DNA of 20,000 bases from an uncultured virus (IMG/VR IMGVR_UViG_3300049445_000078) (taxonomy: Duplodnaviria; Heunggongvirae; Uroviricota; Caudoviricetes): IMG/VR virus record IMGVR_UViG_3300049445_000078. The stretch is one strand, 5' to 3'. A model generated the notes under the pieces. The model saw only the letters and a program-made list of their open reading frames with translations. It did no database searches and was not told the DNA's origin. The position numbers were made by a program, and so were the translations under genes. Below are positions 14,523 to 20,000 of this stretch, piece by piece (position 1 is the first letter of the stretch; each line of letters starts with the position of its first letter).

Positions 14523-14912
14523 CTAACGCTTGAAAATCCTGGCTACTTTTTCAATCGTGCGACCGCCGAAGTAGCCGGTAAGAACGATCCTCATAGCCCA
14601 ATCTGCTTCTGGTCCGAGTGGATCGGTTGAACCCAATCCGAAACAACCATCCCATACCACAACTTTGCCGAGCCAAATAACGAATATGAAAGCAAGCATT
14701 GGCCGTGGCAGCGCCGTCACCCACCATCCCTGTTCCTGCCTGATGATGGAGGCTTCGGTCTGCCGGTCCTGTATCTCCCCGAGTATCTCGGCCTTGGCTA
14801 AGTCCGCAGCTTGGGCATCGGTGGTGTTGGTTGCGGCAAGCTTCGCCTTATAGGCAGAGATGATGCCGCTGACGATTGGCCCCCCGATAAGATTGAGGAG
14901 AAAGCCCCACAT
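14523..14912 (-). CDS. Putative 3-TM holin (GTA-holin-like)
   Basis: WW...PRP.LAF TM segment and GYFGGRTIEK C-terminal motif. Confidence 0.7.
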   Translation of the reverse strand: MWGFLLNLIGGPIVSGIISAYKAKLAATNTTDAQAADLAKAEILGEIQDRQTEASIIRQEQGWWVTALPRPMLAFIFVIWLGKVVVWDGCFGLGSTDPLGPEADWAMRIVLTGYFGGRTIEKVARIFKR

Positions 14913-15133
14913 TACTTTATATTCCCATCTTTGTCGTACTCGGCGCGTCTACGCCGTAGAACCTCGGTGACAAAGCCATTCAGGATAAGCCACCACGTTA
15001 AATACTTGCCGTTCAGGAGTGGTGAGAGATCGGTCTGTGAGAGTGCATACCATGCCGCTCCGACAGCGACCTGAATCCTCGCCCACCAGATGACTTCCGA
15101 ATCGGCAAACGTCTTCTTGAATTTGTCCCACAT
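14912..15133 (-). CDS. Putative 2-TM holin
   Basis: Two hydrophobic segments, basic tail LRRRR. Confidence 0.65.
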   Translation of the reverse strand: MWDKFKKTFADSEVIWWARIQVAVGAAWYALSQTDLSPLLNGKYLTWWLILNGFVTEVLRRRRAEYDKDGNIK

Positions 15134-15135
15134 GG

Positions 15136-15363
15136 CTAGGCAGCCGGAGGGGGCGGAGTAACGGGGGCAGCAGAGACCGCCGTTGTAATGGCATCGAGCT
15201 TGGCGTGAATTGCAGCTACATCGCCGCTCGGGATGGTGGTGGCCCGGTTAATGGCTGTAGCAGTTGCAACGGCAAGTTGATGCTGGTGGGTGGCGAGATA
15301 ATAACCCCCACCGACGAGAACGACCGCAACGATGGCGACGATGACAACAACGAGAGTATCCAT
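15136..15363 (-). CDS. Small single-pass membrane protein
   Basis: AGGAG RBS; strong N-terminal TM; Ala/Pro-rich tail. Confidence 0.7.
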   Translation of the reverse strand: MDTLVVVIVAIVAVVLVGGGYYLATHQHQLAVATATAINRATTIPSGDVAAIHAKLDAITTAVSAAPVTPPPPAA

Positions 15364-15372
15364 AGCAATCTC

Positions 15373-16110
15373 CTATGTTTTATTGTGAAGAATGAGCCAT
15401 GCGATGATAGCTACAACAACTGCGCCGATAACGATAGCGGCTATAACGGCTGGCGAGGCACCGGCAGCGTGAGCCTGTTGGGCCACTACAACACCTCCGG
15501 CAATGGCACCGCCAGCGGCGACATGCTTGGCTGGAACGGTAACGGTCTTGCCGGTGAAAATGATGGATGAGTCGGTCTGCTGCATAGCCATAAGCAGGCC
15601 AGCACAGCCAAGTTGCCTATCGACTGCATTGGGATCGAACACACCATCGGCAACATACTTTCCCGTGGTGTATTGATCGGTCCCAGCCCAGACATAGGGA
15701 GACGGGAGCCCCTTATTGGCATAGCCTAGACCGTTATACATTTCCAGCAGAGTCAGAGAGCCACCGGCAGACCAGTCATGCCACCGACTGGCATAGGGGC
15801 CACAATTCTCCAGTGCATCATAGGCCCCGTCCTCCCAAGACTTGAATGGCCCGCGACCTGTAGGAATATGAGTGGAAACCCTATCGAGAGGGTCGCCCTG
15901 CCCTAGTTGCGTATTCCAGTTCTGAGAGGCTTCCCGTTCGTGGATGACGGCTATGATAAACCACGGTACTCCAGTCTTGGCAGAGACGGCCTGATATCTG
16001 GACTTGGCGAGACATAGTTTACGAGCGGTCGGCCCAAAGTCAGAGCGTGTCAGCTTTGCCTGTTTCCATCGTGCGGCATTCTTGACAATGAGGGCTGCTG
16101 TATCAGTCAT
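15373..16110 (-). CDS. Endolysin, lysozyme-family (COG5526-like), with hydrophobic C-terminal anchor
   Basis: GVPWF.IAVIH.REAS, GDPL, GRGPF.SWE, YNGLGY, PSPYVWAGT.QY..GKYVADG.FDP..VD.QLGCA motifs; first gene of the lysis cassette. Confidence 0.88.
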   Translation of the reverse strand: MTDTAALIVKNAARWKQAKLTRSDFGPTARKLCLAKSRYQAVSAKTGVPWFIIAVIHEREASQNWNTQLGQGDPLDRVSTHIPTGRGPFKSWEDGAYDALENCGPYASRWHDWSAGGSLTLLEMYNGLGYANKGLPSPYVWAGTDQYTTGKYVADGVFDPNAVDRQLGCAGLLMAMQQTDSSIIFTGKTVTVPAKHVAAGGAIAGGVVVAQQAHAAGASPAVIAAIVIGAVVVAIIAWLILHNKT

Positions 16111-16118
16111 CTTATGTG

Positions 16119-18251
16119 CTAGTTTACCTTGTGATGAAAATTGTCTTTCTGGTTTATGCGACCACCGCGATTCTGCTGGCTTGGTGGCCCTGGAATCTGC
16201 TGTTGATCCTGTTGGGCTGCGCCTATCGATGGCATCTGCATTCCACTCAAGTCAATGCCAACCGCCCGGTATAACCTCATAAGATTGGCCGTGGCTAAAG
16301 CCAGAGCGGCCTGCGATGGTGGCGATGCCGCCTTGTTATAAGCGGCATTTGCTTTATTCCACTTCTTGAGGACATCGGCCATCATGGGCATCTGCTTGGC
16401 AACACCCGCTGCATTAATCCGGTTGGCAATCTTTTGAGCACCGATAGCAGCACCAGCGCCAATGCCTTCACTGACACCGAACGGTAGAATTGGCAGAGCA
16501 GCCCGAGCAAGGGAAGCCCCTACAACCATCCCCAACCAACCACCAAGCCTATGAAACATGGACGCCATGAAGGTTGATGTTTCAGACCTGTTGGCTCCGG
16601 TAGGTGGTACTTCAAGCTGCCGTTGCAGGTCGGCAAAACTTTGCAGCGTCTGCCTTTCCTGTGGGTTAAAGATGGTTTGGGACATCTCTTTTCCGTCACC
16701 ATTCAGAAATCTATTGAGATTCTGGGCTATCTTTCCCGGACCCCACTCCGTCACACCGGGAGCAGGTGCGGTAACTCTAGAAAACAGTCCTTGTTTAACA
16801 GCAGTCCATTCGGGGGACTGTGGGCCCATGATCGTCTTTATTCTATTGGCAACTCCGACATTCAGAGTGTTAGGATTAACTCCAGTCGAGCCGTACATAT
16901 AATCAGCGACATCGTTCGGTATGGCTGAGGGATTGCTCCCCTTTCCAATTATCTTCTCTACGACGCGACCGATAGGGTCATTCTTATTTGCGGTGAAAGT
17001 CTTTCTATAATCAGAATATGATGCTCTAGCGTCATTCCATGCGCTAAGAGCGCGAGGATCACCGTTGAACAATCCAGAATTAACGGCGCGGTCTACATGA
17101 TCGTCAAATGAGTTCAGAACTTCTTGTGTCGCCCTTCCATCAGCGGCATTACCGCTCTGGTAGGCTTGGTTTCTGAATGCTGATAGTCTCTTGCGCCACT
17201 GATCCACGCCAGTCAGATTAACTCCAACAATGTTCTCTTGGTTGGGCTGGCCAAACGGATCGGCGCGATTCTGAATATTGAGATTGGCAACATTGTTTTC
17301 GATGTCTTTGATTGCTCTAGAAGCATATGGTGTCAAAACATCATCAATAATAACTGGTTCTGGTGCTGTGGATAAATCATTCTTTATAGCGTTTCCAACA
17401 CCTTCAAAGGCAGAGGCATGGATTTCTCCTGGATAAGATCGAGACGCAGCAAATTGGTTATTTACGCCAGCCTTGGCGGCGGCTGCTGATCTTTTGAGAG
17501 AATCAGAAATTATGGCTCCGCTTTCTTGCGGGCCTTGAGCTATCTGCTGGCCAAACTGGTCAAAGCCAGATGTAATTGATTGCCTAGCGGCATCGACCTG
17601 TTGTTTTTGCTGTGTGGCAAAGTCTTCTGCATGAGCCTCTGCTTGAGGGCCTAATTGACCTCGTAAAGCCGCTTGTTCTTTCCTGATTAGAGGAAGTTCG
17701 CCCGTCTTCTGCCCTTCGGAAAGAAGAACTCCGAGAGGACCCGTTGGAGGAGGAGGTGGTGGAGCAATAGCAGGAGCCCTCAGGCCACCGCGCCCCGGTG
17801 CAAGCCCTTGGAGTGCAAGATTGGCAACATCTTCACCAGTTGATGGCTTGACACCAGCCTGTGCGAGCTTCTGAGTTTCTTCCGGTGTAAAGCTAGGTGC
17901 AAGAGCATTCCATCCTTTTTCAATGCCGGTAGCCGGGGCAGCCATAAGTGCTGCACCTGGGGCAGAGGCTATGGTCCCAATATCAGAGCCTACCTGTCCA
18001 ACCCTTCTGATCTGCGGCATGATATTAAGAGGACCAGCAGCAGATATATCCTGCATATATTGTTTTTGTGCTTGCTGGGATTCTTCGGAGAACGGATTGA
18101 ATTCTCTCTGTGCAGCAGACAGAGCGGCACTCCCAGCCGCCTTTATCTTTGGCCATACGCCTGTTTCCTGTTCTGGAGCAGGCGAAGTATCAGACGCCCA
18201 ATCAGGTACAGCACTTGGTTTATCAACAGCCCAATCAGGAGCGTCTGCCAT
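16119..18251 (-). CDS. Large internal virion / DNA ejection protein (710 aa)
   Basis: Ala/Gly/Gln-rich helical protein, PDWA N-terminal repeat, hydrophobic segment near the C-terminus, located just before the lysis genes. Confidence 0.7.
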   Translation of the reverse strand: MADAPDWAVDKPSAVPDWASDTSPAPEQETGVWPKIKAAGSAALSAAQREFNPFSEESQQAQKQYMQDISAAGPLNIMPQIRRVGQVGSDIGTIASAPGAALMAAPATGIEKGWNALAPSFTPEETQKLAQAGVKPSTGEDVANLALQGLAPGRGGLRAPAIAPPPPPPTGPLGVLLSEGQKTGELPLIRKEQAALRGQLGPQAEAHAEDFATQQKQQVDAARQSITSGFDQFGQQIAQGPQESGAIISDSLKRSAAAAKAGVNNQFAASRSYPGEIHASAFEGVGNAIKNDLSTAPEPVIIDDVLTPYASRAIKDIENNVANLNIQNRADPFGQPNQENIVGVNLTGVDQWRKRLSAFRNQAYQSGNAADGRATQEVLNSFDDHVDRAVNSGLFNGDPRALSAWNDARASYSDYRKTFTANKNDPIGRVVEKIIGKGSNPSAIPNDVADYMYGSTGVNPNTLNVGVANRIKTIMGPQSPEWTAVKQGLFSRVTAPAPGVTEWGPGKIAQNLNRFLNGDGKEMSQTIFNPQERQTLQSFADLQRQLEVPPTGANRSETSTFMASMFHRLGGWLGMVVGASLARAALPILPFGVSEGIGAGAAIGAQKIANRINAAGVAKQMPMMADVLKKWNKANAAYNKAASPPSQAALALATANLMRLYRAVGIDLSGMQMPSIGAAQQDQQQIPGPPSQQNRGGRINQKDNFHHKVN

Positions 18252-20000
18252 TTACGGCTCCCGGCCAAATCGCTGTATGAATTTATCTTTAACTTCCGGA
18301 TGAGCGCGAACATAATCAATATCAGACTGAGATGGCTGAGCTTGTGATGGCGCATTCCCCTGACTCTGAGAACCAAGTTGCTTGAAATTAGGAGGTATAG
18401 GTTTCTGCGGGTCAAGCTGGTTGGTGGTGTAGTTGATGATCGCTCGTCCTTCAGGACTCAACCATGAAAGAGGATCGCGAGAGTGCATAGGTCCCATCGC
18501 ATCATTATAGCGGTGGCCCGCTGCGGTGATACGACCGGCAAGTAGATTAGCGGCTTCTTGGAAGGCTCTGCGCTGCTCTACAGGGGAACCATTAATGGGA
18601 AAGTTGCTTCTCCATTCAGTGGCTTCTCTTTCACTCGCGCTACCAGAACCACGGAACGATCTCATCAACTCGCTGCCTACCGCATCAATGTCTGTCTTGA
18701 GACCAGTCAATGCGGATTGAACTTGTGTGTTTCCAACATTCCTAGCGAGAGGATTGGCGATGGCGTTGTACATTGGATAGGTAGAGTTATGCAGAGCCTC
18801 AATGTTGGAGAGCCCCGTGCCGATATGTTTGATTGCCATATCGTTTGAGGTAAAGTTTCTGGCCTCCACACCGCTGCCCGTGTAGTTCTTTGCAGCCTGC
18901 GCTCTCATTGGTGCTGTGTAGGTATTGAATGAAGGATCGTATTGAGAGACTGCACCTAGGACGGCTGTTCTATCCCGATATCCGACATTGTTAATTCCAA
19001 CATCGCCATTGGCTATTTGCTTGACTGTGTTAGCTAGACCGGGAGGCAAGGTCTTTAGGTATTCGTCTCCGGATAAGGTTGTCGGATCGGGACCGGAAGT
19101 TTGTCCGCTGATGGTTTTCTGATCGATAGGTTTTTGAGTGATCGGATCAACAAAGGTTCCATCCGGCTGTCTCTGCCCGTAAGTTGCATGGGTGCGACCA
19201 TAGGCATCAACGGTCTGGGCTACAATAACTGGCTTTGCTGCCTCCTGAGCCTGATACGGCGTCATTCTGGTATATTGATCGAGATGCTGCTTGGCTTGCT
19301 GATAAAGCTGCTGAGCTTTTAGATTGACGCCTTCCTCAGTTTGCAAGCTCTTACGTTGTGTATCCAACTCTCCAGCACCGGCAGCCATGCCGTGGGCAAT
19401 TGCTGTTCCTACAGGTCCAGTAGTTGAAGCCATTGCTGCTCCGGCCCTAACAAGGGACATCCAAGGAGAACGGGCGAGGTTCTGGCCCCAATCGCGCTTT
19501 AGAGCATCAGGATAGGGTTGCTGACCTTGCGGCATTTGATATGGATTGGCATCAGACATCGTGCCGGTATCATTTTGCGCGTAGCGAGTATTACCAGAAT
19601 AGCTAACAGGAGTTGCACCACTCGGTAATGTCTCATCACCGTCAGAACCAAGATACTTATTGGCGCGGGCCACTTGGAATTGCTGTGCCGGTTTTAGATA
19701 TCCTTTCACAAACTGAGCCGCCGCCTCTCCCGGCGTTTTGGCATTATTCATTTTGTCCCAGAGATCAGGATAATTGTTCTTCAGATTCCACGCAGTAAAT
19801 TGTCCCTGAAGGGCGGGATCGCGCCAATTACCATTTGGTGCGTTTTGTTTCATCCAACTTTGATAGTTATTCCACTCATCTCCACCTTCCTGAAGCAGTC
19901 CGTGGGCGTAATGAGCCTCGCCACCAAATTTAGGTTGGTCCGGGTGTCTTAAGCTTGAATTCCAACCGCTCTCGTCCGGTACATTCATGAATATACCGCC
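18252..20000 (-). CDS. DNA ejection protein with phage tail-lysozyme-like domain (5'-truncated by the window edge)
   Basis: Frame open to 20000 (GGIFMNVPDESGWN); ES motif, GLLQ, WRDPALQ.QF...L, AKTP.EAA..F..GY.KP pattern of virion lysozymes. Confidence 0.75.
   Translation of the reverse strand, partial: GGIFMNVPDESGWNSSLRHPDQPKFGGEAHYAHGLLQEGGDEWNNYQSWMKQNAPNGNWRDPALQGQFTAWNLKNNYPDLWDKMNNAKTPGEAAAQFVKGYLKPAQQFQVARANKYLGSDGDETLPSGATPVSYSGNTRYAQNDTGTMSDANPYQMPQGQQPYPDALKRDWGQNLARSPWMSLVRAGAAMASTTGPVGTAIAHGMAAGAGELDTQRKSLQTEEGVNLKAQQLYQQAKQHLDQYTRMTPYQAQEAAKPVIVAQTVDAYGRTHATYGQRQPDGTFVDPITQKPIDQKTISGQTSGPDPTTLSGDEYLKTLPPGLANTVKQIANGDVGINNVGYRDRTAVLGAVSQYDPSFNTYTAPMRAQAAKNYTGSGVEARNFTSNDMAIKHIGTGLSNIEALHNSTYPMYNAIANPLARNVGNTQVQSALTGLKTDIDAVGSELMRSFRGSGSASEREATEWRSNFPINGSPVEQRRAFQEAANLLAGRITAAGHRYNDAMGPMHSRDPLSWLSPEGRAIINYTTNQLDPQKPIPPNFKQLGSQSQGNAPSQAQPSQSDIDYVRAHPEVKDKFIQRFGREP

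Larger units (their letters stand above)
1..20000. mobile_element. Segment of a tailed phage/prophage genome (alphaproteobacterial host, probably podovirus-like)
   Basis: Dense modular layout: cro-like switch, gcrA, rusA, initiator domain, SSB-like gene, DUF551/DUF1653 genes, endolysin with holin-like genes, large ejection proteins. No host housekeeping genes. Confidence 0.93.

Noticed and set aside
13660..19798. Numerous plus-strand ORFs opposite the lysis and ejection genes
   Set aside because: Antisense shadows of long minus-strand genes, without SD or motifs.
1..20000. CRISPR array, tRNA, rRNA, reverse transcriptase/DGR
   Set aside because: No repeat-spacer periodicity, cloverleaf or RT motif seen by eye; a covariance search was not possible.

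Overview
The whole window reads as part of a tailed dsDNA phage or prophage of an alphaproteobacterial (Rhizobiales-like) host, probably podovirus-type. Host and morphotype are inferred from a GcrA homologue, a DnaA-HTH protein and large ejection proteins. Left to right: a divergent promoter with a degenerate serine-resolvase gene and a run of tiny early genes (578-2438, +); a leftward operon (8040->2439) with cro-like HTH, gcrA, DnaA C-terminal HTH, rusA, a ~430-bp structured non-coding region, an AT-rich HNH-SF2 helicase plus partner gene, a stand-alone initiator C-terminal domain, an RHH protein and a secreted CHAP-like peptidase; a rightward early/recombination operon (8125->13268); then, on the - strand, two DNA-ejection proteins (one with a lysozyme domain, truncated by the window edge) and a lysis cassette. 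No integrase or cI repressor is visible. The most unusual items are (i) an 850-bp recombinase-free insert (8582-9437) with att-like ends whose predicted circle junction is a perfect palindrome and rebuilds a gene, (ii) a non-coding region with a ColE1-like sense/antisense RNA layout and a G-tract hairpin, paired with a headless replication initiator, (iii) the HNH-helicase two-gene cassette, and (iv) an apparently catalytically dead serine recombinase. All family calls come from motif recognition by eye; no database searches were run.
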